Shown: positions 26,681-40,964, counted from the stretch's first letter. The stretch: DNA of 64,000 nucleotides from Isurus oxyrinchus (GCA_026770705.1 JANJGN010000035.1:7998001-8062000); one strand, 5' to 3'. A program made the numbers and translations. The notes: a model not told the origin generated them from the sequence alone.

Positions 26681-27664
26681 AAACAAAAACAGAATTACCT
26701 GGAAAAACTCAGCAGGTCTGGCAGCATCGGCGGAGAAGAAAAGAGTTGACGTTTCGAGTCCTCATGACCCTTCGACAGAACTTGATTTCGAGTCCAAGAA
26801 AAAGTTGAAATATAAGCTGGTTTAAGGTGTGTGTGTGGGGGGCGGAGAGATAGGGAGAGAGAGAGGTGGTTGTGTAGACAAACAAGCAGTGATAGAAGCA
26901 GATCATCAAAAGATGTCAGCGACAATGGTACAAAAGAACACATAGGTGTTAAAGTTAAAGTTGGTGATATTATCTAAACGAATGTGCTAATTAAGAATGG
27001 ATGGTAGGGCACTCAAGGTACAGCTCTAGTGGGGGTGGAGAGAGCATAAAAGATTTTAAAATATTTAAAAATAATGGAAATAGGTGGGAAAAGAAAAATC
27101 TATATAATTTATAGGGGAAAAAAAGGGAAAAAGGGGGAAACAGAAAGGGGGTGGGGATGGGGGAGGGAGCTCACGACCTAAAGTTGTTGAACTCAATATT
27201 CAGACCGGAAGGCTGTAAGGTGCCTAGTCGGAAGATGAGGTGTTGTTCCTCCAGTTTGCGTTGGGCTTCACTGGAACAATGCAGCAAGCCAAGGACAGAC
27301 TTGTGGGCAAGAGAGCAGGGTGGAGTGTTAAAATGGCAAGCGACAGGGAGGTTTGGGTCATTCTTGCGGACAGACCGCAGGTGTTCTGCAAAGCGGTCGC
27401 CCAGTTTACGTTTGGTCTCTCCAATGTAGAGGAGACCACATTGGGAGTAACGAATGCAGTAGACTAAGTTGGGGGAAATGCAAGTGAAATGCTGCTTCCC
27501 TTGAAAGGAATGTTTGGGCCCTTGGACGGTGAAGAGAGAGGAAGTGAAGGGGCAGGTGTTACATCTTTTGCGTGGGCATGGGGTGGTGCCATAGGAGGGG
27601 GTTGAGGAGTAGGGGGTGATGGAGGAGTGGACCAGGGTGTTTTTTTTTTTGTTTTTATCTCTGT
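26681..27664 (-). mobile_element. Relatively young 5'-truncated Penelope insertion with an open GIY-YIG domain
   Basis: Uninterrupted frame 27171-27640 (CPRKRCNTC...NLVYCIRYSQCGLLYIGETKRKLGDRFAEH...GLNIEFNNFRS); flanked by a 14-bp direct repeat. Confidence 0.93.
26744..26782 (-). ncRNA. Hammerhead ribozyme-like motif with variant core CUGUCGA
   Basis: agtt-CTGTCGA-A-GGGTC-atgag-GACTC-GAAAC-GTC-aact on the minus strand; perfect 4-bp stem I. Confidence 0.6.
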
Positions 27665-27994
27665 GATATGAAATGAAATGCGTTCCTAATAACCATATTT
27701 GGAGCAAACGTTCTGCATCTCAATAACCCTTATACAAGAGCAAATTAGTTATCGATGATAATAAAAGGTAACTACCCAAAGCTAATACATACAGAAAATT
27801 TGCTAATAAGTTAATGATAAATTAATACGTTCTACTAGTTCAATTCTACAATTTAATGCTTGCCAGTATGCAATGCAATGTATCTGGGAAAGATCTAAAT
27901 GGTACACATGTGCAACTGAAATGCCAGCTATCTGTGTTTTGTAAAGGCATGTTACGTTTTGCATTGATGTAAATGATAGCAATCAACACAGCAG

Positions 27995-29130
27995 CGAGGT
28001 GAGGTGAGGATGACTGCTCTTGGCATCAATGATGTATTTGACCAAGTCTGGCATCAAGGAGCCCAAGCTGATCTGGAGTCAATGGGAACCACGGGCAATG
28101 GTGATTACTGGTTGGAGGCACAACTAACGCCCAGAAAGGCGGCTGTGGTTGTTGGAGGTCAGTCTTTTCAGCTCCAGGGCATCATTGCAAGTGTTCCACA
28201 AGACAGTGCCCTCGGCCGAAGCATCTTCAGCTGCTTCATTAATGACCATCGTTCCAATGTATTCTCAGATATGACCATACTTGTTGACAATTGCACATTA
28301 TTCAGCAACGTTAGTGACACCTCAGATGCTGAAACAGTCTATGTCCACATGCAGCAAAACCTGGGTATGATCCAGGCTTGGCAACTAACATTCGCATCAC
28401 ACACGTTCCAGACAATGACTATCTCCAACAAGAGAAAATCCAACATTGCCTCTTGACGTTCAATTTTTTTTGGCATCAATGAGACCCCTGACGATCATCA
28501 TCCTTGGGCTGTTTGACCAGAAATTAATCTGGACTGGCCAAACGCAAAAGCATGTGATAGGCTAAGAATCATGTGAAGAGTAATTCATCTCCTGACTCAC
28601 CAAATCCTGTCCACTATCTCCAAGGCACAAGTCAGGAGTGTGATGGAATAATTCACACTTACCTGAATTTGTAAAACCTGCCACAACACTCAAAAAGCTT
28701 GACACTGCTCAGGAAAAAGAAGCCTACTTCAATTGAGGCACATTGTCAAATATTCAATCCCTCCACTACCGACGCATAGTAGCAGCTGCATTTACGATCT
28801 GCAAGATGCACTACAAGATTGCAACAAGGCTCCATATGTAGCACTTCACAAACATACATCCACTGTCATCTAGAAGGATAAAGGCTGCACAACCACGTGG
28901 AATTTCCCATGCAAGTAACTCATCATACTGACTTGGAAAGATATTGCCGCTCCCTCAACACAGTTCAGTTAATATCCTGAAACTCTCTCCACTCCTGGGT
29001 GTTCCTAGGTCACATGTCCTGCAGCTGTTCAGGAATGTCGCTCAGCACCATCTTCTCCAGGGCAAATAGTCTGGGAAATAAATGTTGGCTCAGCCAGCGA
29101 AGCTCACATCCCATGAATGAGTAATAAACA
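27995..29130 (+). mobile_element. CR1/L2-clade LINE RT to 3' tail
   Basis: ORF 28004 MTALGINDVFDQVWHQG...SVPQDSALG...FINDH...LVDNC; tail cacatcccatgaatgagtaataaa. Confidence 0.88.
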
Positions 29131-30114
29131 AGCAGATCCAGAAAAAAAGAAGGCACAAAACAAAGTCCAGTTGGTAAACATGGCCAATGAAGTTCTTCAC
29201 GATCTTTCGTGAAAAACGTAAAGGTTTTCATGTGGAGCTGGTTTAAATTGGGGAAGAAATAACAGAGCAAGAGCCATTTGATTATATACAATTTTAATTA
29301 TACAAATAGGGTTACCATAAAATGACAGCTGCAGATGCGAACCTGTGATAGCAACTGGCACCAATCATTTCCAGAAACAACCTTTATACAAACTATAATT
29401 CTATACATGTAGACAACCTATGTATGAAATTAGCTTATTTCTTGGCCAACATTTTAAAAATTATTACATGTATAATCAACTGAACGCATGAAATAGTCAT
29501 GAGATTCCATCCGCCCCACGGCCACCCCCGACCCACCACAACCACCCCTCCCACCTCCCCCCCCCCCCCACCCAAACGCCGAAATCTACACTTTACTTAA
29601 AATCTTTTCAGCAATACGAGTATATTTAGTTTAAAGTTGCCAGCCAATTATCAGCGTTATGTATCTCAATTTCTATAGAGAACCTTATTCCTTATCTGAA
29701 CACGCATTCAGATTTAAGATCATGCTTTTAACTCTTTTTTTTTAATGAAGCAACTTTGCTGGATTTTGCTTTCCCACATGTAACAGATATTGTTATTCAT
29801 GAATATTCCTCTAGTATATCTTTAGATCAGCAACGAGGGCGGGCCTATAACTCCGTTCATACTAATTGCTCCTCCTGCATCAAAAAGCGTAGTAAATTGC
29901 AGCAATATGAATTCAAATGTATTCCCAACAAATTATGCCAGTCTTTTCCAAATTAGAGACACGTTTATCGTAGTGTGAAGAGTTTTGATCAAATGCCTAG
30001 CTACTCTATGGAGAGAAATGTTTGGAACATAGCACTGAGATTTAGACTATTATGCAGTGGTGGTGGGGGGCGGGGGGGGGGGGGGAGGGGTTTGGGGGGC
30101 GGTTGCATACTTCC

Positions 30115-30350
30115 AATGCCACGAGACTAGTAATCCAGAAGCCCAGGCTAATTCTCATGAGGCACGGGTGCGATCCCCACCATGGAAAATTTTGCAATTT
30201 AATGTTAAAGATGGTATTGCACTGGTAATATCACTGGGCTTGTGATACCACTGGCTAAGACATCTAGTGGAAACAATGAATGCTCTGGGTAAAAGCATTC
30301 AAATCCTAGCATGGCAGCTGGTAGATTTGAAATTCAGTTGAATAAAAGGA
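30115..30350 (+). mobile_element. Two adjacent SINE head fragments
   Basis: gactagtaatccagaagcccaggctaat and aatgctctgggtaaaagcattcaaatcctagcatggcagctggtagatttgaaattc resemble the 1745-1830 head. Confidence 0.55.
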
Positions 30351-30619
30351 GCAGTTGGGTGGCAGATCCGGAAATAACCATAACTTAGGAGAGCTATCCA
30401 ATGCAGTCCCCCCTGTTCATTCAAAATTTGTTACCAATTGAAAACACAGAAGTGATCTGTTGGAGAATATTTTAATCGTTTCTCTTCAAAATCTGTGCTT
30501 GCAGCAGCAATTTCGATGTTTTCTAAGTTGTGGTACGTTTTCTGAGCAGTAGTAAATGTTATTGGGAAGAACATGCTTTTATATAATTACCAAGCATTAA
30601 AGTAAAAAAAGGACATGGA

Positions 30620-33600
30620 ATAAAGATGGCAGGAAAGGTGCTGTGTTGTGAATACAGAATTTGAATATTACTGGAAAGCTCTTTGATAGAGGGCAAAAAC
30701 ATCTGCTGGAATTGCTTACCGTCTGATTAGCTTTTGTTCAGAACCTTTGAATTGGAGGCCGAGGTAAAGCCACTGCGATTTATCAGGGAGGGGGTAAGTA
30801 AGCTGGAAGCTTTGCACCAGGGAACAGTCATACCTCTTATGATAGGATCTTCTTACTTGATCAGCTTTCAGTGACAAGCAGGTCAGACTGCGATCGAGGC
30901 AGGCATACGGACCCAATACGTGGAATTGGAGGATACTAAGCCTTCGAAATTGTACAACCTGATCGGATGAAAGTGGTGAATGCATGTTAGATTAGAATAT
31001 TGGCCATGGCTCCATCGTAACGGGAGCCAATCAAGCGCAGGGAGCAAACAGGAAGGTATTGCAATTGGTGACAGAATAGTCAGGGGACAATTCATTGCAG
31101 CCGAAAACGGGAGAAAATACATCTATTTTGCCTGCCTGTTTCGAGGTTCAGGACTTCTGAACGATGTTTGAGAGGAACTTGCCGTTGGAGGGAGGAGACC
31201 CAGTGATTGTGTTCCAGCTAAACAATAATGGCATAGTAAAAGGTTTCTACCATGATAATAAGAGCAACCTGTGGATAATTTTAAGGGAGCTGAACATTAA
31301 AGGTAATAATCTCCAGGATAACTACCTGAACCTGGAGCAAATTGTCGTAGGGTAAATCCGGTTAGAGATTAAATATTGGGATAAAAGTTTGTGGGGAAAA
31401 TAGGTTTTGATTCATGGAGCAATGTCTCTACTGTTGGCAGAAGTGGATGATTTAATGTTTTCATGCTCCTCACCTGACCTACGCTGGTACAAAGCTTCTG
31501 ACGAGTAACGTAACTGGGGCGACTGAGAGGGCTAGATACTGTATATTGGGGCATGTGGTCAAGCTTGAGAAGATATTGCAAATTAAATAGAGAAGTCAAG
31601 GCAAATGGGGCAATGTATAAATAAGGGAACTGATGATCAGTACGAGATTGGAAGTTACAGAAGTTTCAAAATTAAGAATGCGCCATCAGATAAGGTTGGA
31701 CGTTAGTGCAGAAGTTGAAAAAGGCTTAAATTCTGCATATCTTAGTACATTTAGCATTCTGAAATAAAAAAAAAATAACTTACACTGCAAATATCGATGT
31801 ATAATCATGACCTGGCAGTAATGATTCAGTCACAGCTTAAGGATGCAAAAACTTGGAAATCGTTATTCAAGAGTAAATTATATATTTTAAGGACTGGAAG
31901 ATAGGAAAATGTGCACGGTAGCACTGTTCATTAAATCTGACACTGGTACATTAGAGAGAGATGAACTTTGGCCTCGACATCAAGATGTAGAATCAGTTTG
32001 GGAAGAGATGAGAGATAACAAAGATAAGTATTCACTTGTGGTTGTAATTCGGAGGCCCCTTAATAAAATTTATGCGGCAGAACGGGTTATACAGGTCAAA
32101 ATAATAGGGGCCTTTGAGAAAGGTACAGCGGCAAACATGGGTCATTTTAATATACAGATAGATTTGGAAATCAGATTGTCAAATTAAACTTGGACAATGA
32201 TTTTATGGAGATTTTTTTTTCTCAGAGAAACGCATTTTACCACAGGCTAGAGAGCAGGCTAGACTACACCTATTATTGTGGAATGAGGATGAATTAAGTA
32301 ATTCCTCACTGTGAACGTAGGTAGCAGTGAGCATAAATACATTTGAAATTCGCATTAATTTGCAGGCAGGAAGGAATGGAAATATGACCAGTGTTTTCAA
32401 ATAATATTAGGATAATTATCGTGGCATGGAAACATAGCTGTGAAAAGTGGCCTGGGAACTTAGGTTAAGGGATAAATAAAGAATGAAGAATTAGGGTTGG
32501 CACTTGAGGAGATATTTAATAAGGCAAGATACAGTCTGGTGGTAAATTAAAACTCAAATGGAAATACAAATCATGCGTGGTTTACTAAAAAAGATTAAAG
32601 TTAGTATAAACAAGCAAGAAAATGCCTGTATATGCCCAAAGATGAGTGACAAGACATGGGAATCGGCAAAATGTTCAGAATAGCAAAGAATAAATACTAT
32701 TTAAAAATAGAGGCTGAAATTGGAATGCAACATGAAATTAGCTTTCAACATAAAAACAGCTAGTAAAGATTTCCACAGGTAGTTCAAGAAATGAAAAGTG
32801 TTAGCAATGTATCTGTGTGTCCTCTAGAGGGTGAAAGTGAGAAACTTAAAATTGAAAGTAAGGACCAAGCGGGTGAATGGAATGCATTTTTGAGTCTTTC
32901 TGAACTGCAGCGTATTTGAATAACAACTCAGAAATAACTGTGAATCTTTAGTTAAAAAGGAGGGAGGAATTTTAAACAATGAAAATGACCCGAGAAATGG
33001 GACTGAGTAAACGATTGGATTAAAAATGTGACAGGCCTCCAGGACCTGGTGGATTACATCACAGAATCATAAAATGTGAGTGCTGCGATAATAGATAGAT
33101 TTGATTTATGCTTACAAAATAAATACAGCTTAGTTCTGGAAATGGTCCCATCAGGTTGGTAAATAGCAAAGGCTATATCTCTAATAAATAAAGGCAGGAG
33201 AAATAAAGCAGGTTACCGCAGCTTAACATTCGTCATTGGGAAATTGTTGGAACTTATTGTTACGAATTATATAGCAGGGCACTTAAGAGAAGCTTATTGC
33301 AATTCAGCAAGGTCAACATGTTTTATTGAATTTGACATTATATTTGACTATTTTAGTAGAGTACTTCCAGGAAGTAATAAGGATGTGAGATGAAAGGGAA
33401 ACCCTGGGATGTGCTGTATTTGTATTTGTAAAAGACATTTGGCAAGGTAGTAAATCAAAGATTAATATGCAAGATGAGAGGGCACAGTTTAGCGATAACA
33501 AATTTTCATGGATAGCGGATATATCAGCTAACAGAGCAGAAAAAAAAACTGTTTAATGCATCCTTTTTTTCTATTTGGCAGTATGTGTTGAGTGTAGTGC

Positions 33601-33890
33601 CACAGGAATCAGTGCCTGCGCCGTCAAGAATTTACAATTTGTATCATTTTCTTTTTGATGCAGTAATAGATCATTTGTTGCTAACTTCGCTAATGGCATG
33701 AACATAGTTAGCAAAGTAAATTTTGAAGAGGGCATGTTGAGTCTGGAAATCGACATAAATAGGATAAATGAGTGGAAAAATTGACGGGGTATAACGTGTG
33801 TAAATGTGAACCTGTCTACTTTGGCAGGAAAATTAGAAAAACAGAAGATAACTTAAATAACGAGAAACTGCATAGCTATGAGGTGTAGGA
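30620..33890 (+). mobile_element. Near full-length old CR1 LINE (ORF1 esterase, ORF2 EN-RT)
   Basis: IAIGDRIVRG (SGNH GDS motif, ~31060); ORF 31909 VALFIK...DVESVWEEMR...MGHFN (endonuclease); RT remnants to ~33880. Confidence 0.8.
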
Positions 33891-34790
33891 GAATAAGAAC
33901 AATATAAGCTAAAAAAAAACAAGTACACGAGTAAGCCATTTAGCCCCTCGACCAACCTAAAAGTTTTATTTAGATCAAGGCTGATGAACTAATTCAATGG
34001 CATTTTCTGTTATACCTCTGTATCCCTTGATGATTTGAAGATGTAGAAATATATATAACTCAATTTGCAACATACTCAACGATTGATCCTATACAGTCCT
34101 CCTGACCAGGGAGTTCCAAAGACTCATCGCCATGCATAAGAAGAAATTGTTCATCATCACCATCTTCAATGCCCTACATCTTATTCTCAGCCTGTGTCAC
34201 CTGCTATCATTTCACACAGACATGGTATATTTCGCTCCTGCAATTACACTCTCGACCCCTCTAAAACAGGAACAAAAGAATATGCTTGAATGAGATCCCC
34301 ACTCATTCTTCTTAACTCAATGCAGTAAAGGCCCGCTTCATGTTTTCCTTCTACCAAGGACATTCAATTCCTCCCAGGTGTTAATTTGCTGCAACTTTCT
34401 TTCATTCCCTCGATGCAAAGTATACCCATTATGGGTAAGGTGATCAACACTGCTTACAATTCTCCAGGTGCGGTCTTAAGCAAGGTTTTTTTTAATTGCA
34501 TCGTGCCATCCTCACTCCTATACACAAAACAATTTGCAATAAAGTCCAACCATAACATCTTCTTCTTAATTGTCTGTTGTGCCTGCATGTTAACATTCAG
34601 TGACTCATGAACAATGACATCCAGATCTCTTTGCTGTTCACCACTATCAAGCCACTCAGCATTTGTTTGTTTTCCCTTGTGCCAACAAAGTGGATAGCAT
34701 CACATTTCTCCACATTGCATGCCTTAAATGAAATATTTCGCCAATGGTTTACCCTATCAAGGTGTATCCTCGATTTTCTGCCCATTTAGC
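33890..34790 (-). mobile_element. CR1 3' fragment
   Basis: Minus ORF 34597 ...CNVEKCDAIHF; CR1 3' tail pattern at 33890-33990. Confidence 0.7.
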
Positions 34791-34849
34791 AGCCTTCAAT
34801 CCAAGACAACGTTATTCTACAAAAGTTACGCCGCCTGTGACCAGGGATA

Positions 34850-37800
34850 AGAGGTGTTGCTAGAACTGAAGAATATTTGGGAGGGCAGGGCATAGCGTTC
34901 GAGAAGACTTGGCTCCTGCAACTGTCCAACAGTTAAGATTGTCTTGCGAGTTGTGCGGATGAGTTTGAAAACTCAGGGAGGATGAATGATTTGACTATGG
35001 CGCCGGGATCCAGGGAGCCATTCAAGTTCGCAGAGCAAATGAGAACTTTGTAGTTGTAGGTGACAGTATAATTAGGGGAATAGATAACGTTGGCTGCAGC
35101 CATGAGCGTAACTCGCCAAAGCTGTGTTGCCTGTCCGGTGCCAGGGTTAAGGGCATCTGCTCAATGCTGGAGAGGAACATGGATTTCGAAGGGGAGGGGG
35201 TTTCCATTTGTCGACCTCATTGGTTGCAACAGCATTGATTGAAGTCGAAAGGAGATACTGCAGATCGAGTTTGAACAATTAGGAACTAATTTAAAACAAA
35301 ATGGTACCTCGAAGATAATAAACTTGGGATTTCTACCTGACCCACAGATAAACTGGCAGAATGTAAATAAGGTCTATGAGCTCAGCACGTGGCTCAAAGA
35401 TTGTTGTGTGAAAAAAATGGTTTTCAGTTCATAGGGAACTGGCAGCAGCACTGAAGTGAAAATGAGATGTTCCGATGGTCTGGCTTCACTTGGGCCGTGC
35501 TGACAGCTTCGCCATGGCAAATCGAATAAATAGCCCTGTAGACAGGGCTCAAAACTAAATACGTTCGAATGAGTCTTCTGGTGAGTGCATGCATAGGCAA
35601 AGAATACAATAGGATATGGCAGCTTGCAGGACAATTACTTATGCATAGATTAGCAGAGTATGAGAGGAAGGTGTAGATTGTACAAATGTAAAAAAAAAAA
35701 TCGGAAAATATGGCCTAAGGGAGAAAACTGCTAGAAAAAGAAAATAAATGACTGTTTAATTAATAGCAAGATCTGTTCGGAATAAAATAATTGTGTTAAT
35801 GGCACAAATTGAGATATGACCATTACCGAGATGTGTTTAAAAGTGGATCAAGTCTGGAAACTTAATATTCATGGCTACTTTTCGTGACTTTCCAAAAATA
35901 CAGGAAAGAATGAAAGGGTCGTGGATAGCTTGGTTAGTAAGAGTTGGATTTAGTAATATAGCAAAAATCCATCTTGGAATAGAAGATGTCGATTACATAT
36001 GGGTGAAGTTAAGAAATTACAAGTTGAAGATGACGCTGGTGGGAGGAGTTTATTCGCCCACTAACAATAGTTATAATATAGAGCTGAGAATATATCTGGA
36101 GATAATGACAGCATGTAAAAAGTGACAGTACCTTAATACTGGGTGAATTAAACCATCTTATAGGTTAGGGAAAAAACAAATTGGCAGAGGTTAAAACGAA
36201 AAATAATTCATGGGGTGTATTCGGCAAAGTTCCTGGAGAACAATAAGCTATGGAACTACGCAGGGATCATGATACTTTTGACATGCTCGTGTGCAATGTG
36301 CAGTTTTAATAAATTATCCTGGAATAAAGGATCCCCAAGGAAGCAGTGACCATAACATGTGATATTTAGCATTCAGTTTGATAGAGGGAGACTTGGATTG
36401 GAAACATCCATGATAAATGCATATGAGGGTGATTATAGGGCATGAATGCAGAGTTGGCTAGAGTGGACTGGGAATGGGGGTCAGAAGAAAAGGACAGTTG
36501 GTGAATAATAGCAGGAATTTAAGAAAATAATTCGAGTCTCACAAGAAATATATATTCAACTGATAAAGAAGGACTCCATGAAGAGAATAAGCAAATTATG
36601 TTTTACCACGTAGTTTAAGGATTGCAACAAGTTTCAAAGAAATAAAAAAAAAGTGCAATGTGGGAAAGATCAGTGCTAAATGAGAGATTTGGAAACGTTT
36701 TATCAATCAACAAAAAAGGTAGAAAAATAATAAATACAGAGGTAAGAAAGTTGAGGGTAAACCATCAAGTAATATTACACGTTTAGGAAGAGCGTATCAA
36801 ATATATATTTAAAAATAAGAATAAGGTCACATAGAGAACGAGGCTGGCTAAATAACAACGGTGAACCAAGAAGTGGAAAGTTCAATAAATGTTTTGCATC
36901 AATTTTCACGGTAGAAAATATTATTCGCTTTCCAAAATACTGAATAACCAATGGGAAAAATGAATGGAGGATATAACTGACACACGTAACCCAAAAGAAA
37001 AAGTGCTAGGGTAAGTACTGGGGCTAAAATCAGTAAGAGTTAAGGAGGCCTTCAATTCGTAAATCAAAAAAAACAGTTGACTTATCCCAGCTAACATTGT
37101 TCACCAAGGACCAACGCGACCACAACTCTCCGGAATGATGTCTGGGATCAGAATGGACGAAGTCAATACGAGACAGAAGGGGAAGTGAGGGCGATGGGAT
37201 GTCAGTAAATAAATTAGCTAAAAGAAAACACTGTCAGGGACGAAGTCAGGCTAGAGTGACATAAAGACACTTGCTGAAAGGAATAAATATTGTCTGGGAA
37301 TGGAGACATCTCCTAAATATTTGATTATGTAGTGACACTTGAAATTTTAATAACGCCAATTTTATGTCACTAATTGTGCATGAAAAATATGGTCTTCCTG
37401 AAACCTTTGGAGTTCTGTTTTATTTAGTCGAAGACAGGCTCTCCCTGTGTTCACTTGAATAATGTGATAGTTAACATGTATCTGAGTCACCTGTGTTCGA
37501 TTCTTAGAAAGCACGACAACAAGGCCCCTATATTCCCTCGGTCAAATTGGTTACATCCAGAGATATTAAGGGAAGTAGCCACAGAAATAGTGGACAAACT
37601 GGCTGTAATCTCCCAATAATCTTTAATGTTGGAAAGTCCCAAAGGAGTGGAAATCTTACAATGTAAAGCATTAATTCAAGAAGGATGGTAGACCAAAGCA
37701 GGTGACCATAATCAGTTAGCTTAATTTGCCTCATTGTGAAAATATTAGAATAATATTAGAATATTAGTATAAAGTTTGTAAATATAAAGGCAAACTATAA

Positions 37801-37885
37801 TCAAGGAGTATCAGCATGGCTTCATGAAGAGAGAACATTGACGTTTTAATTTGAATTCATTGAGGAAAAAATCAGGGTAGATAAA
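34850..37885 (+). mobile_element. CR1 LINE (ORF1 esterase + ORF2), decayed, with a ~0.5-kb insert at ~37040-37520
   Basis: VVVGDSIIRGIDNVGCSHERNSPKLCCLSGARVKGI at ~35050-35155; EDVDYIWVKLRN...GGVYSPTN (35871 ORF); RT N-terminal remnants at 37560-37880. Confidence 0.85.
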
Positions 37886-39180
37886 TCTCGCCTCCTAATG
37901 AACACATTATTTATTGCTAATCCTTTTATTTTCACACACCCAAAGATGAGTTTACAGTTTTAAAAGCTGTTTATTTCTACTTTACACTCATATAATATTT
38001 CCCTTTTCCCTCTTTGGTTCATGAAATGAGTACTTCAGGAAACGATCTGAAAAAAAAGACAAATTGTTCATTTTCTGCAACATTAATCCTATTTCGTTTT
38101 ACCCATCCTATATGTAGATTTACCTCCCACAAGATTGCTATGTTACCTTTGCTCCACACAACTCCAATTTCATGACTTATACAGCTATTTACATTATTTC
38201 TGCAGTTCGGTGGACTACAAACCACTCTCCTGTTGTTTATTAGTTCGCTGCACTCCCTCTCTGACAATTATATCCTTTCTTGGATAAGGAGAAAAAGATG
38301 CACACAAACTATTTCTCCTTTTTCAACTTTCGAACTGACGCCATCTTCCAATGCTGCATTAAAGTCTCATTTAATTAATACAAAAAACCCACAAACTTTT
38401 CTCTGAGTCCTGTCGTTACTCTAAGTCACGTACACTTGGATATTCACGGCCCAGCCTTGGTTTCCCGGTAGCCACGTATCTCCAATAACTAAAACGTTAT
38501 GCAATCCAATTGCTATTTGAGGTTGTATTCCGCAATATAGACCATGCAATATTCTTACCATTACGTGTTCCGTTCACAGCTACGTGGAAAAAGATATCTG
38601 GATCATCCAACTCCCTCTATAGGTTGGTATCAGGACTTTCATACATAGCCAGAACTCTGGCACCAGACAGGCAACATGGCCTTCAGGATCTACGCAGTTC
38701 ATTGCATAAAACATTGCATATCCCACAGATTATACTGACCCCTACTGACACTGCATTACTTTTTAGCCCTCTTAATTCAATGGCTTTCTGCACCATGGTC
38801 CCACGTTTAGACTGCTCTACCAGGTAAAGCTTTCAATGCTGTCCATCCAAGATGCATGACCTTTATTTTGTTGCACAGCTGCTGGGGTCGAGGGTCTTCC
38901 ATTCCCCCATACTCGGCCCGGTTAGCTGCCTTTCTCATATTCATGTATAAAAGCTGACAAAATTATAGGACGCTAACTGAAAGAGTGTCACTGTTTTTTG
39001 GAACTTTCTCAATCCCTGATGCATAGCATTGTCTGGGAGCTCCGCCTCAAGCTCAGGCAGCTCATCAACTCTGAGCCAAAACTCATAAAGGTGCCCACAT
39101 TTATCATTAGACCAAAAGACCTCGGAGCTGAAATAGATAATTCTGCCCGTCGAGTCAGCTACGCCATTCAACAGGATTAT
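37885..39180 (-). mobile_element. CR1 ORF1/endonuclease fragment, inverted
   Basis: Minus ORF 38019 ...VCSPPN...ILWEVNLHIGW; esterase remnant (revcomp of ggcaccagacaggcaaca, CCLSGA) at ~38660. Confidence 0.7.
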
Positions 39181-40200
39181 GGCTGATCTGATACTTCTCA
39201 ACTTTACTTTCCTGTCCGTTCCTCATAGCCCTTGAATCCATAACTGATTAAAAATATGTCCATATCAGCCTTGAATATATTAACAACACATTCTCTATAG
39301 CCTTCGGCAGTAATGAATTGCAGGAGATTTTCCACCATGTGTGAGAAGCTATTCCTCATCATCTCTGTTTTAACTGGACGTCCCCTTACCCTGAGAGTAT
39401 GCTGCCTGGTCCTTGAATGTTCGACAAGGGGTAGCAAACTCTTAGTATCTATCCTGTCATTCCACATAAGGACCTTACATGTTCTAATCAACAAGGTCTT
39501 CTGTCAATCTTCTACATTCCATTGAGCACAAGCGCAGTCTACTGAACATCCATTTTGAGGAAAATCCCTCTTTCTCCAGCGTCAATCAACTGAACCTTCT
39601 CTGGACTTCCTCCAATACTAGTATATATTTCCAGAGATAAGGTGAACAACATTTTTAACAGTTCTCTAGGTGTGCTCTAACCAATATCTTGGATACTTTT
39701 AGCATTTTTTTAACTCCATTCCATTTGAAATAATGTATAGCATTCCATTTCCATTCCCGAATACCTGCTGAACTTGTGTGCTAACATTTTTCGGATTCAT
39801 ACACCCAAACCTTCTGTACTGCAGACTGCTGCAGCATTTCACCGTATAAATAATATTCTGCTTCTCTAATTTTTACTGGCAAAGTGCATGAGCTCACATT
39901 TTCCCACCTTATATTCCGCCTGTGAAGTGTTTGCCCAATCACTTTAGAGGCCTTGAATCCTCTGCAGACTGTTTCTCTCATCCTCAGAGTTTGCCATCCC
40001 ATCTACTTTTCTGTCGTACACAAAATTGGCAATACAGCATTCACTTCTGTGACCTATTCCATTAATATTTATTGTAAATAAATGTGGTCCCAGCACTGAT
40101 CCCTGTGGCACTCCTTTGCTTTCTTGTTGTCATACAGAAAATTCATGTCTAACCCACCCTATCACAAATCTATATTAGTTAGCCAATCCGCTATTAGTGA
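39180..40200 (-). mobile_element. CR1 3' end (RT C-terminus + tail)
   Basis: Minus ORF 39204 SRTRQHTLRVRGRPVKTEMMRNSFSHMVENL; GVPQGSVLGP (revcomp of ggtcccagcactgatccctgtggcactcc) at ~40085-40115. Confidence 0.88.
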
Positions 40201-40964
40201 TGATATACTAAATGTTCTCTTGCCTTGAATTGCAGTGACATCCAGACTCTCCCAACAGGTTGCAGTTGTGACTAATCACCTGAGCTGCCATCTACTTTGT
40301 CTTAAATATTTAATTATATTAATTAATTCGTAGTTCCCCTCTGCATCACACTTGCTGACCCACCAAACTTGCATCATTAGAATGAGAGAAAGAAATGAGC
40401 AATCAGTGTATACATGCAGTACGCAGGGATTCCTGTAATTAAAACCCCAAAATACAATGATGCATCAGTTCTGCTATAGCTCAGAAACCGATGTGTTGTC
40501 TACCTAATTAGCTTTTTACAGCTGCTTTCAGATAGCTAGAATATCTGCACTAAAGATTTGAAGAAACTTGATTTATCTGATAAACTAAGAAATATGTTCC
40601 TAACTCAATATTTTAGAAAGAGCTTATCCCTCAAGAGCCTTCACGCAACACCATCTGCAGACTCACAACACTCAGTGTGGTCCTGAATCATGAAACGGGA
40701 AAAAGAAATATGCACGTACAGCGAGTTAAATGCTGTGCTAATGGATTTTTGTGGTTCATTGCAAGGCCAATGGAATACAAAACAGTCACGTTTTGCTAGA
40801 GTTCTGAAGCGAATTATTGAGACTGAATCTCACACATCTGCATACTTTTGGTATCCCTATTGCAATAAGGAACTTAAATGCATTCGGAGGTGTTCACTGA
40901 AAGTCCACCCAACTGATATTCAGATGGGAGACAACGGGGTGGAGGTGGGTGTGAACTTACAATG

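Noticed and set aside
26681-26782. ~100-bp sequence recurring at ~4160, 8670, 26681, 51310, 54400 and 60405 as a possible CRISPR-like or novel repeat
   Set aside because: Dispersed, no spacers, both orientations; it is the Penelope pseudo-LTR
27151-27467. Plus-strand ORFs repeated at 54773-55194
   Set aside because: Antisense to the Penelope GIY-YIG domain; similarity reflects TE copies, not a gene family
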